DNA of 64,000 nucleotides from Alloascoidea hylecoeti. Its lineage: Eukaryota. Within the stretch, counting starts at the first letter, position 1. Every line of letters starts with the position of its first letter. Positions 33,774 through 45,300 of the stretch are shown one piece after another. The stretch lies in contig BCKZ01000010.1 of assembly GCA_001600815.1 (NCBI GenBank), forward strand, positions 203,527-267,526, read 5' to 3'. Both the position numbers and the translations under genes were made by a program. The notes beneath the pieces were generated by a model. The model was not told the DNA's origin. It saw only the letters and a program-made list of their open reading frames with translations, and ran no database searches.

Positions 33774-35867
33774 TCAAAAGTGAGGAACGTTAAATACCGT
33801 TAAAACCATTGTTAAAATACTCATTATCCCTTCTCCAAGTACTAATCCACTCGAGCATATAATCATAGACACTTTGTTATCTTGATTCTTTTCACCTCCA
33901 AAACTCTCATGTTCACTTCCATTATCGTTTAGGTTGTCATTTTCATTCCCATTTTCGCTTATAATGTTAAATGTCTTATTTGGTTTATTTTGCTTGCGTA
34001 GCCACCACCAAGCTACAACACCTCCAATAAATCTTGCTAATGTGAAACTGGGAACGTTATAGATACCGATTCCAACTGCAACACCACTAGGTAGGAACTT
34101 CACATATTTATGCCATCTATTTTCCTTTGAAATGACACTTTTCAAGAATGATATAATACTAAATATAATACCAAATATGAGAATGAATATTGGAACATTC
34201 TTGGGTAAACCTTGTCCCATCACTAACCTTGCACAATCGATCCAAATAATAGCTGTTGGAATTCTAAATAATTTACCGGGAATCGTATAGATATAATTAT
34301 ATATCCGATATACTATCCCTGATAAAATAGCTGAATATAGTGTTCCAATTAATTGAGCAAAGAATTGTGCTTTAGGAGAAGCGCCAATAAGATGTCCTGT
34401 TTTCAAATCTTGCATCAAATCACCCGCTTGTTGTGCTCCAGCTTCTGCTATCCCACCGGCAATCAAGTTTATCAAAACACCACCCGGGTGTGACTTTGCA
34501 ATTATTAATGTGAAAAGTAACTGTGAGATTTTACCAATACCACTGACAGGATTTAAATCTGTTTCTCCGAGTGCCCGAACTCCTAGGACAGATAAGAAAA
34601 GTGTAAAAATCAAAGCGCTCAAGGTTGCATAAATAGGCACAATTGGCCCAAAGACATATCTCACAGCAGAGATGCCCAATATGGTTGAAAGAGTCAAACC
34701 GGCTACAACTATCTGCCAAGATACCAATTGTGATTTTGGTACATCATCTTCTTTTTCTTCTTTTAACGAGGAAAGAGGAGAAGGAGATCCCATTAATGGT
34801 TCAGAATCCAATTGTAAACCCTGATCTTTTTCTATTGTGGATTTATAGTGCTTAATAAATGCAGCAATTGATTTAACAGATCCAACGATAAATGAAACAA
34901 CACTATCAGCAACCATTACAGATAGACTGACCCATAATATCCAGCCCTGTGCTCCTGTTTTCCAATCATCTACAGGTCCTTCCGCCCATCCATTATATTT
35001 GGCCATTGGAGCCAAAATACCCCAACCAAGTATTGCACCAAATAACATTGAGGATGTAGTATGTAACCCCATTATCATACCTTGACCGATATATGCAGGT
35101 GATGGTTGAAAGTTCCAAAGGTAATCAGAAGATAATTTAGAACCAAATATAGGAAGGACCCGTAATATCGGGACAAAATAAGCAAATAATGTGTAAAAAG
35201 ATGAAATAGCAAAAGAAACCGATAAAGAAATGATATTTTTATGAAAAGTCTCTTGCTCGTGGAAATCTTCAGCAGAAGATTCGGGGACATGGTCACCTTC
35301 TTCAACATGACTTTGTTCTGCAAAATTGATTGGATTATGATGTAATACCTGAATTAGAGTAGCCGTAGCACTCCCAGAAGGAAACGGGAGCTTCTCTCGG
35401 ACAATAGTCTGTTTCCTCAATGGAACAGCAAGAAAGACACCGAAAAATGCGAGTCCGGTACTCCAAATAATAAGCTGACTAATGCTCAAACTTGAAGGTT
35501 GAACTCGAGATGCTCCCGATTCTTCATTTGTCATCATTTTTTCAATGGCAGGGATGATCCCGACTAGACCGAAGGCCAAGGGTCCCGTTCCACAGGCGAC
35601 TGCCACGGACTGAACAAAGACGTTTTCAACTGCGGTGAAAGGACGGGAGGTTGGGACCAATTTGTGGATCAGCTTGAAAATAGCAAACCCCAACAAAGCA
35701 CTAGGCAAAGACATCATCGAAACCCACCCGGTCTGTAGGCCGAACTGGAAATTGGAGATGAGCACACAGGTGCCGACAGCAAGTCCGACAACGACTCCTC
35801 TCACGGTCATTCCGTGGTGATATCCCGGGGAAAAATCAGGCACTCTGCCATTTTGAATATTCGTCAT
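33774..35867 (-). CDS. OPT/YSL-family oligopeptide transporter (YGL114W-like)
   Basis: FGLQTGWVSMMSLP, ENVFVQSVA, LPFPSGSATA, GETDLNP and DLMQDLKTGHL. Confidence 0.92.
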   Translation of the reverse strand: MTNIQNGRVPDFSPGYHHGMTVRGVVVGLAVGTCVLISNFQFGLQTGWVSMMSLPSALLGFAIFKLIHKLVPTSRPFTAVENVFVQSVAVACGTGPLAFGLVGIIPAIEKMMTNEESGASRVQPSSLSISQLIIWSTGLAFFGVFLAVPLRKQTIVREKLPFPSGSATATLIQVLHHNPINFAEQSHVEEGDHVPESSAEDFHEQETFHKNIISLSVSFAISSFYTLFAYFVPILRVLPIFGSKLSSDYLWNFQPSPAYIGQGMIMGLHTTSSMLFGAILGWGILAPMAKYNGWAEGPVDDWKTGAQGWILWVSLSVMVADSVVSFIVGSVKSIAAFIKHYKSTIEKDQGLQLDSEPLMGSPSPLSSLKEEKEDDVPKSQLVSWQIVVAGLTLSTILGISAVRYVFGPIVPIYATLSALIFTLFLSVLGVRALGETDLNPVSGIGKISQLLFTLIIAKSHPGGVLINLIAGGIAEAGAQQAGDLMQDLKTGHLIGASPKAQFFAQLIGTLYSAILSGIVYRIYNYIYTIPGKLFRIPTAIIWIDCARLVMGQGLPKNVPIFILIFGIIFSIISFLKSVISKENRWHKYVKFLPSGVAVGIGIYNVPSFTLARFIGGVVAWWWLRKQNKPNKTFNIISENGNENDNLNDNGSEHESFGGEKNQDNKVSMIICSSGLVLGEGIMSILTMVLTVFNVPHF

Positions 35868-36006
35868 GACATGAAGAAAAGTGTATATGGATCACATCTC
35901 TCGATATGGTCCTAGATAGCGCTCAACCTCCATCCACCCGCATCGCTAATTCACACCACTTGTTCTCTCCACCATCATCGCTGAAAGATTCGTTCAAAAT
36001 TAAGAG

Positions 36007-37014
36007 ATGGATATCGACACAGACCTCAAACCGGTTTCTCCTATCCCACACCAGGATGTACCACACCAACAGATATGCGAACAGCAACAGGAGGGTCTTA
36101 AGGCGATCCGTGTGTTTCTGCAGTCAAAGACCTCCTATGACGTTTTACCTGTCAGTTTCCGGCTCATCGTGCTTGATACTTCTCTTCAATTAAAAAAATC
36201 CTTAACAATTCTATTGCAAAACTCCATCGTATCCGCTCCATTGTGGAATGCAAAAACTTCTCGTTTTGCTGGTTTGTTGACCTCCTCCGATTATGTCAAC
36301 GTTATTCAGTATTATTTTCAGAATCAAAATAAAATAGATCTAATCGACCACTTGACTTTGGATGAATTACGAGATGTTGAAAGGTCTCTCGGTGTGGCTC
36401 CTATAGATACAGGCTCAATACACCCTACTAAACCTCTCTATGATGCATGTTTGAAAATGATTGAATCAAAAGCTCGGAGAATTCCACTGATTGATAGAGA
36501 TGAAAGCACAAAAAGAGAAATTGTCGTTTCTGTTCTGACACAATATAGAATTTTAAAATTTGTTGCTTTAAATTGTAAAGAAACAAGATGGCTTATGAGA
36601 TCAATAAAGGAATTAGATATCGGAACAAAGGGTGAAATTGCAACAGCAACAATGACAACACCTGTTTTAGAAGTTATACAAATTTTAACTAAATTAGGTG
36701 TATCTTCGGTCCCAATTATAGATCCAGAAACACAAAAATTAATTAATGTCTATGAAGCTGTTGATGTTTTAGCTTTAATAAAAGGTGGTATTTATACAGA
36801 TTTATCTTTATCTGTTGGTGAAGCTTTATTGAGAAGAGCTGATGATTTTGAAGGAGTTTATACATGTACTTTTGATGATAAACTTGCAACTATTTTAGAT
36901 ACAATTAGGAAAGCTAGATTGCATCGATTATTTGTTGTTGATGAGCATACAAGATTACAAGCGGTTATTACTTTGAGTGATATTTTGAAATATATCTTGA
37001 TTGGAGGAGAATAG
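36007..37014 (+). CDS. SNF4: AMPK/SNF1 gamma subunit (CBS domains)
   Basis: SYDVLPVSFRLIVLDT, IVSAPLW, VLTQYRILKF and RLHRLFVVD. Confidence 0.96.
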   Translation: MDIDTDLKPVSPIPHQDVPHQQICEQQQEGLKAIRVFLQSKTSYDVLPVSFRLIVLDTSLQLKKSLTILLQNSIVSAPLWNAKTSRFAGLLTSSDYVNVIQYYFQNQNKIDLIDHLTLDELRDVERSLGVAPIDTGSIHPTKPLYDACLKMIESKARRIPLIDRDESTKREIVVSVLTQYRILKFVALNCKETRWLMRSIKELDIGTKGEIATATMTTPVLEVIQILTKLGVSSVPIIDPETQKLINVYEAVDVLALIKGGIYTDLSLSVGEALLRRADDFEGVYTCTFDDKLATILDTIRKARLHRLFVVDEHTRLQAVITLSDILKYILIGGE

Positions 37015-37810
37015 GTCATTAGATATATGACTATCATGCTAGATTGTTATATTTTTTCAATAGGTTAACAGTGATTTATGAATAGGTTCATCCGCTTATA
37101 AGTAGCGGTTATAAGTAATTGATAACGTGTAAATACCAAGCTTCAGAATCTCATAATGCAAAAAAATTTTAATTTTTCTTTTTAAGCTGCACTACAATAT
37201 ATCAAGTTGAGATGAGTTCAATACTTGATAATTGTGATTAACACAGACTTCTTAAACTTTTATGATATATAAGTATGTAATTTTGATAAGTATAGATTCA
37301 ATAATTCTTCCTATTGCCAATTACGAATTTCATTGTGGGCATTGTAATAAACTAGTCATTCCATTTCAGCCATAGTTTAACTAATCATGGTGTTTTCTAA
37401 TTTTAGGCCATCCCTTAGCGCCGAATTCGATTACGTTTATCCAACACCTGGGCCAGAGATTAAGATAATTCTACCTATACCCTAACCACGTTAACACGTT
37501 ACGTGAATTATAAATCTACAGAGCAATTATTGCAATTGGTAATTTAATATTATTTATTATTCAGGAGACAAGTATACAAAGAGCGATAATACTCTTAGAT
37601 ATCAGTAATAAACTATATAAAGATCATATTATCATATGTAGAGAAACTATTTAAATTATTCAAGAAGGAAGAAAAAATCCAATAGAATAAAAAGAAAAAA
37701 AGGAAACCGCTTTTGAAGAGAGAAGAGAATAAATAAAATGTCCAAACAAATTGGGGTAAAAGTAATTATCGTTAATAACAAAAAAACAAACATTAACATG
37801 ACATAATTTA

Positions 37811-39538
37811 TTAACGAATAGTCATAACTTTTCTAATTCCTTTACCAGAAGCTAGCGTACTTTCTGCATCATTAACAACTCTCTTACCAACATTTTCAAA
37901 TACTTTCCAAAATTTTAAATTCTCATCACTTGCACAAGTTGCTAAAGTAATACCATCAGGACTTATAGCAGAATTTAAAATTCTAGCATCATGAGCCATA
38001 ATATCAGCTGTTTTGGTTAAAGTTGGATAAGACCAAATTGATATATTGTTATCTGGATAACCATGAGTAGAAACGATTTCTTTTAAACCAGTATTTATTC
38101 CTGACCAACGTAATGAAGTAACTTGTGAACCAGTATCAATTGAATTAACTCTTGCACCAGTTGTTCCATTCCAAAAATGAACACATTTATCGTTTGAACC
38201 ACCTCCAGTTGCTAATAAATTAGATTGCCATGGACACCATGCAATTGCTTTAACAGCAGCTTTATGATTTGTTTTTGTAAATTTTGGAATTGATGATCTT
38301 GCATCCCATATATTAACTAAATTATCATTACCACCTGAAGCTAATTGACAACCATCAGATCTCCATTCTAAACCACAAACTTCAGCAGTATGATTAACAA
38401 ATTCAAATACTTTATGTTGTGCTACTCTTACATCATGATTCCAAATTGATCCATCTCTGCAACCAGAAGTTAATATATGTTTATTCCAATTACTTATACC
38501 AACACGAGCTGAATGACCAGACATTGTTCTAAGTTTGACTTCTTCTTCAACATCCCAAATTTCAACATTACCATCATTAAGCCCAATGGATAGATAAGCA
38601 CCATCCTCTGACCAACTAATACTTGTAACTAGATTATTGGCAGGACATTCCATCAATTGTTCGACTGTTCCAGAAGTAGCATCCCAAATATAAACAGCAG
38701 TTTCCAAAGCAACAGCTAGGTTATTGTCGCAAGACCAATCAAGTAGATTAAGGTAATAATCATCAACCAAGCCAGGAGCATCTAATACTCTTTCAGGGGC
38801 AGTTGGAATCTTACGTCTGTGTTGAGCACTAACCGCACTTTTCAAAGGTCTGTTGTATTGTGATCTTAAATCAACTGAACGGGAAGACTGTGGAGCAGGT
38901 GGCTGATATTGAAGAATTCTTTGATTTAAAGCAATTCCACAAGCTTTTGCAACTGAAGATTGGTATTCAAATTGTTCCTGAGTTAAATTATATTCAGAAG
39001 TTGTTTTAATTGGAGATGAAGATGAAGATTTCTTTGGTGATTCAGGCACTGTATCTGCAGCAGCAGCTTCTTCTAATTTTGATTTTGTTGAAAAGTATGA
39101 GCTTTGACGATTTGGAATGAATCTATCAGCAGTATTATTTAATCTAATTAATTTTTGCTTTGATGGTGATTTGGATGGGGATGTTAATAATGCTGCTGTA
39201 GTAGTGAGTGTCCAATCTGAAGCAACCATATCTAACTTTGGTGAATTGAAAAGATTCAAAGAAGGTTTTTTAACAAATCCACTTTTTGTTTTAGTTTTAG
39301 TTTGGACCTTGGATTTAGATTTAGATTTATTTATTTTGGGTGTTTGGTGGTGTAAAGTATTTGTATTTCTTTTAACAAAGGGAGATCTTGGAGATTGTTG
39401 AATTTTAGAATGAAACTTATCGGATGAAACGGACGAGAATGGATTCTTAGATTCTTTATGAAGTTTAGGCTGTCTGATAGGAGAGTCAAAAGACAATGTG
39501 ACTTTTGTTGTTTTTGCAGGGGGGCTAAATAGTGACAT
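37811..39538 (-). CDS. CDC20: APC/C activator Cdc20/Slp1
   Basis: C-box DRFIPNR, RILQY, ERVLDAPGLVDDYYLNLLDWS, WD40 repeats and the terminal IR tail. Confidence 0.93.
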   Translation of the reverse strand: MSLFSPPAKTTKVTLSFDSPIRQPKLHKESKNPFSSVSSDKFHSKIQQSPRSPFVKRNTNTLHHQTPKINKSKSKSKVQTKTKTKSGFVKKPSLNLFNSPKLDMVASDWTLTTTAALLTSPSKSPSKQKLIRLNNTADRFIPNRQSSYFSTKSKLEEAAAADTVPESPKKSSSSSPIKTTSEYNLTQEQFEYQSSVAKACGIALNQRILQYQPPAPQSSRSVDLRSQYNRPLKSAVSAQHRRKIPTAPERVLDAPGLVDDYYLNLLDWSCDNNLAVALETAVYIWDATSGTVEQLMECPANNLVTSISWSEDGAYLSIGLNDGNVEIWDVEEEVKLRTMSGHSARVGISNWNKHILTSGCRDGSIWNHDVRVAQHKVFEFVNHTAEVCGLEWRSDGCQLASGGNDNLVNIWDARSSIPKFTKTNHKAAVKAIAWCPWQSNLLATGGGSNDKCVHFWNGTTGARVNSIDTGSQVTSLRWSGINTGLKEIVSTHGYPDNNISIWSYPTLTKTADIMAHDARILNSAISPDGITLATCASDENLKFWKVFENVGKRVVNDAESTLASGKGIRKVMTIR

Positions 39539-39769
39539 TTATATAGATGATTTTTGATGCTATTTTTTTATATTTATTAGCTTGGACCGGCAAGAGACTT
39601 TGATGAAGGCAATAATAACGATAATATAGGAACCAGCCTTGCGGGACAAAAAGGGGGTAAGCTGTTAATATTTGAGAGAGTAATAACAATCAAAGAAGAT
39701 AATCAAATATGATTGATGAAAAAGAAAGAAAAAGTGGAGTTTCGTTTATATTTATATTTTACAAACAAA

Positions 39770-40020
39770 TTGTACTTTGTGTTTACATGCTGCCTATTCC
39801 GGTGATTTCCCGAACAGGCGATATTAACGCAACTGTCACGGCAACGTCTTGGTTAATCAGCCGGGCAACAAAGATTACTAATCACGACGCACGTGTCCGG
39901 GTAACCAAACAGCCCATTTCAGGAGACACGTGTTTTGCTTTTTGATAAGCACGTTTCTTTCGATTTGGTCGCACGAGGCCTCGTGTGCCAATTAAAATGT
40001 ATAGGTGGGCAAACGTGCTT
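39770..40020. promoter_or_regulatory. Motif-dense divergent CDC20/bHLH promoter
   Basis: CACGTG at 39890 and 39927, Reb1-like CCGGGTAAC at 39897, palindrome CACGAGGCCTCGTG at 39972-39985, and forkhead-like TGTTTAC at ~39780. Confidence 0.55.
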
Positions 40021-40099
40021 CAATGGCAATTGTATAAATAATCCACATCTCCCTAATTCTATTTGCGACTTCACTACTTACTTCGCTTCTATAACTATA

Positions 40100-41233
40100 A
40101 TGTCGGCTCTCTTAACCGAAAGTGAGCTTTCTGATTTGAAAACAACTTCCAGCTCTACTTCAAAAAGGAAGTCCTCCGAATCAGATTTAGATCCAGAATA
40201 TTTTCCTGCGCCTAATGCTCAATATTGTAAGAAGTCAAAGAAAAGTACTTCCAAGTTGCCACAATTGCCGCAACAGAAGAAGAAAACCCAAAGAGTTTCT
40301 CATTCAGTAATTGAGAAAAGGAGAAGAGTGAAAATGAATCAAGAATTTGTTAATTTAAAACAATTGGTTCCTGCATTCAGGACTTCCTTGAATAATCGCT
40401 ATAGATCAAAATCCAATTCCACAACCACTGTGGCAACTGATGACAAAAATGTTAATCACATGGAAGAAAAGAATGGCTCATCTTCAAATTCTGTTACTGG
40501 GGCTGGTGTTTATAAACTCACAATACTAGAAGAAACAGTATCTTACATCATGTATCTTCATGAATTTATTATGCAGATGAAGAACTCAAAATATGTTGAT
40601 GATAAGATGTTTGACTTCTCCTTTCTTGTCGATGATCGTGACGAGGAGGATATTAACATGAAAGAGACAAGCACTCCAGTCATCAGCATGAATTCAAACA
40701 ATAATCAGCATGATACTGAGACGAATTATAATAATACGAGTGCTTGTACCCCAGTCGTACTTCCTACTCCAGAACCAAGTCCCAATTGCAAGTTCATGAA
40801 CTCATCTATTCCAGCTATTCAATTTGAAATGTTACCTGAGCCAGCCTTGGTCTCCGAACCAGAGAAACTAGAGGTTCATGCATCTGAAGGTCTAATAACT
40901 AGGAACCAAATTATGCAACAACCAGCAAATGTGCCAACATCTCTAAGTCTACAAACATCGTCGATATTATCATTACCTAATTATTCTTATCTTCAATTCA
41001 CTCATGATCAAAATGAACTTCGTAATACTATTGTAAATACTTTTACACGTCCAACTTTACCACCTATATTTTCCATTCGAAGAACCCCACAATCATCTTT
41101 ACCAACTATATTTCCTAGCTCTAACTATCCTGAAGCTGGCGATGCACATGACAAACAATGGGACTTAGGTCGAGAAACGGATGCTACACATGCCTTACTA
41201 TCAATGAAGAAATTTAATCGGAATTCAGTTTGA
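40100..41233 (+). CDS. bHLH transcription factor
   Basis: RVSHSVIEKRRRVKMNQEFVNLKQLVP...KLTILEETVSYIMYL. First ATG at 40100. Confidence 0.88.
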   Translation: MSALLTESELSDLKTTSSSTSKRKSSESDLDPEYFPAPNAQYCKKSKKSTSKLPQLPQQKKKTQRVSHSVIEKRRRVKMNQEFVNLKQLVPAFRTSLNNRYRSKSNSTTTVATDDKNVNHMEEKNGSSSNSVTGAGVYKLTILEETVSYIMYLHEFIMQMKNSKYVDDKMFDFSFLVDDRDEEDINMKETSTPVISMNSNNNQHDTETNYNNTSACTPVVLPTPEPSPNCKFMNSSIPAIQFEMLPEPALVSEPEKLEVHASEGLITRNQIMQQPANVPTSLSLQTSSILSLPNYSYLQFTHDQNELRNTIVNTFTRPTLPPIFSIRRTPQSSLPTIFPSSNYPEAGDAHDKQWDLGRETDATHALLSMKKFNRNSV

Positions 41234-42338
41234 ATTTAATCTAATTTATTTATGTTTTGTCTATATATTTATCTCTCTATTTATTTATTACTATTATAAA
41301 TTCACTTCGTTTAAATTTTAGAATACTATTGATATATTAACTATGAATTTGTTTAGATTTCTATTTTACGAAGTGCTCTTCGTGAATAGTACTGAATACC
41401 TATAATTAGTAGTTGACAGTAAGATCATATATTGAGTTTAAGGTTTGCATATGGGATCATTTTAAACATTAACATTTTAGACAATATTGAAGTTAATTGG
41501 CGATACAATATGCAGCAAATACCTAAATAACTCTATATTGGATCCCAGCTTTGTTATAATTTGAGCCTAATAATCTTCAGCACAAGTAAAAGAAGCTGAT
41601 TAATTAAATATAAGTTAACTCATATTTAGTTGACAACCTCTGAGAACTAGTAAGAATACTAAGAAAGGAAAAAAAAAACTTAAGACCTCTTGCAGCAAGG
41701 AACAAGGAGTTGAATCGAATACATCAACTTCAGGGATTATAATTACTAAAAAAACCAATTTAACATTTTATTACAGAAAGAGTGGTGGACACTCTTCAGC
41801 GGTGGTAAACAAAAAATATTAATTGCTTACAAGATTAGAGGAGGATTGACTTACTGATTCACTGTTTTATGTTCCTATAAATGGGTGTGAGCCTCGTGGT
41901 GGGGGTTGATATACATGTAGATCTACTCTACACAACATTCCTAAGATGCGCCGAACCACTAAGAAGATAGCCGCTAAAATAAAATGCTGACGGACTTTGC
42001 ATAAATTCAAGCTTAACAGCTGGGGAATAAAAAACTTTGCAACACATTGAGGGTAATAAATAGGATATGTGGCATTAATTAGAATATATATTTTCCAAAA
42101 AAATTGAAGACCGTTGTGAAATTTTTAGTTGGATGGTTGAGAACTTGAGAACTTCGTAGTACAGACTGAATTATGAATTACTCTGGCTATAAAATCTTAT
42201 AAGATATTATTATTGTTTCTTTGTATCTATTTCTTTTTTATTTTACTTAAAAGAGGAGTTAATACTATGTATATATGTATGTAAAAAATATAATGATTTA
42301 CTATTCTAAAAAAATATGTTATTTATAATCGAAAGCTT

Positions 42339-45300
42339 TCAAATTAAATTATCCCATGATTTAGATCTTGTCATTCCTTTGCCTGTCATAGTGTTTAAAG
42401 TTTCCCTTCTATTCACTGTTGAAGCAGTATGATTTAGAATACCCTGTGAAGCAGATCTGTTCCGATTTAGATTATCCTGTGAAGCAGATCTGTTCCGATT
42501 TATATTATCGAGAATTAGGCTATTCTGAGAGCCAGATCTATTAAGATTTATGCTATTCTGAGAACTGGATCTGTCAAAAATTAAATTATCCCGAGAATTG
42601 GATCTGATCCGATTTATAGTATTCCGGGAACCAGGTCCGTTAAGATTTATGCTATTCTGAGAAATGGATCTGTTAACAGCAGGCTCTGGGGATTTAGAAT
42701 TCGAATATGATAAACGTTTAACTAGAGCAGAAGATTTATTGGCACTAACTCCATAAGAACGAGTTTTTATCGGAGTACTGTTACGTCTACTGTGCCCAGG
42801 TATATTATGTTCCGAGTCTTTGATTGGAATATTTGAATAATTGGCAATTGATTCATCAATTGAAGAAAGCCTTTGATGATGTCTGTAGATCTCATTTTTT
42901 TTCAGTGCCGATACTGCAGTACGTGTAGGTGTTCCTACCCGTGGCTGTGATGATGGTCGATTTGAAGATTCATATACATTGTCGGTTGCAGTTAATACTG
43001 GGGTATTAAGAGATTGTGGTTTTGGAGCCCAAATTTCAAGATTATTGAGCGAGCTTTGTGGTAATCCTTGAGAAACTGGAGACCCAAAATATCCAGAGAT
43101 TCTTGGATCGGGTGTAGTTGATTGTTCCCTCACATGAGCTTGGAAGTTAACACTACCACTAGCGGCAGAATTATAAACCAGACTTTGAGCTCTAGAAAAA
43201 TCTTTCATTGGATAATATTGTGGGTGCTCAGTATTAATAGTAGCATTATCTTTTCCATAGTATTCGGTGTGAATATCATTAAACATTTGTGAATAACGTT
43301 GCTCTATCAATTGACTATTATATTCTTGAAATCTATTAGTTGGATGAGTTAAATCTCTCTTTTCGTGGTGATATACCATAGAACGTGCTGCACCCGGTAA
43401 ACCATTTCTCATTGCGTATTCAGTCCATGTTTCCACTGGAATCATTCTTTCATCGAAATTATCCTCATTAACTGCAATGACTTGTTTCCCACTCTTCTCT
43501 TCAATTATAACCCTTGTATTACCCCAAGTAAAGTCATCTTGAAACCAAAATGAATATATAGGTAATATAAAAGAATGAACAGGATATCCAAGAAAGTAAA
43601 CAACCATCCAACCTATATTTTCCCATTCTCGTTTCAAAATATATAAAATCATTTGCAAACCATAAACCCCGGCAATCATGATAATCGATATTAATGGCAG
43701 TTCACTGCTTCGAGAAGCAATAACATAAACAAGATATACCAAATAAATAAAAACAGAAGGTAACATTAAAGTACCTGCTAAATCCACAAATACAATAAAT
43801 CTCATTCCAAAACAGCACATTCCACACATATTATTCAATTTTAATAGTTCAATTAAATTATGAACAGTAGAGTTAATCCATCTTCTTCTTTGTGATAATA
43901 AAATTTCAAATTGTTCAGGTGCCATTGTTTTTGCTTGTGCATCAGGATTAAATGTAAGACGAGCATGTGGGAAATGTTTTGCTAGTAGCGTAGTTAAATA
44001 TCTATCCTCACCAAGTGAGAATAAATTTTTTGTATGCAAAGTATCAACATCATCAACGGCATAATCATTTATAACCTCATCTGAAATAATAATCGGTCTA
44101 CCGTTATCAGAGAACCTCAACCTATATAAGGTAAAGCAACCTGGTAAACAGGTAACACTGCCAAATAAACTTTCAAATGCTTTTGCCATATGATGAGAAA
44201 TATAATATTCATAAATTTGTAACATTGTAAATAAAGATTTCTCTTCATTCATTAATTTTGTTTCGCCACAAATTCCAGCAATTCTACGATCAGCAGAACA
44301 ACTTGAAACTAGAAATGACAATGATTGAGGTTCAGCTTTAGTATCAGCATCAATAACAAACAAATATTCATAAAGTTCAGGATCAACACCAATAATATTA
44401 TTCATATGATGAAAAATTTCCAATTCTAAAGGATTCATAGGTTTCTGATAATGAACACAATTTAAGTATCTAAAGATTATAAGTTGAGAATCACGTTTAC
44501 CTCTATTACCAGGTTTTGATACTTCAGAGGCTTTACCAACCTTGACAACAACGATATATGGACAAACACTACCTTCAAATTCATATAAACCAGAATAAAC
44601 CTTACCATAGTTTAATTTTGCTGAGCCTTCACCAACAGATCTAAAGGGTAACGCAGGAGGATCATATTTCTCATCAACACCAAATATATCCAGTACGGTT
44701 TGAGCAGTTGATTTACTGTTACCAGCACCTGTAACAACTCCATCACATATAAGGAATAATAGTTTTCTTTGATTATCATATTTCAAATCAGTGATTGAAT
44801 CAATGGCTAATCTTAAAGCAGTTTCATCTTCTGTATAAGCTGGTATTTGACAAATGACATATTTTGATTGTGGAGAAGGAATTTTATGTTGATTAAATTG
44901 TAGAGCAGTCAGGAATTTAATAACTGTAACCGAAGATAAAGCAATAGCCATTCCTAATAAGATATAATTTGATGCTTGACATCTTGCAGAATGTCTAAAA
45001 TCAACTTTACCAGCATAGCCAATGTTTTGAATACATTGCCAACTTTTTAAATTACCATCATTTTCATCAACTAATTTACCTAGACTTGATGTGATATCAG
45101 TACCTGCATCTGATCGAAATAAATTAGCAATATCAGTAGATAGAAATTTATATTGATCCCAGCCATCCATTGTGTCTAAAGTAAAAATATAAGGTGATAA
45201 ATCATAAATTGAATTATTCACAATTGCCCAATTATAATTATCTTCATTTGCCATTTTTTCAACATAATTTCTTGACATAACAAGATCACCTTTGTAGTAA

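Noticed and set aside
41770..42190. Moderately GC-rich intergenic stretch with small hairpins and Sm-like T-runs (snRNA, snoRNA or telomerase RNA?)
   Set aside because: No recognisable U1-U6, U3, RNase P/MRP or template motif; it would need an Infernal search.
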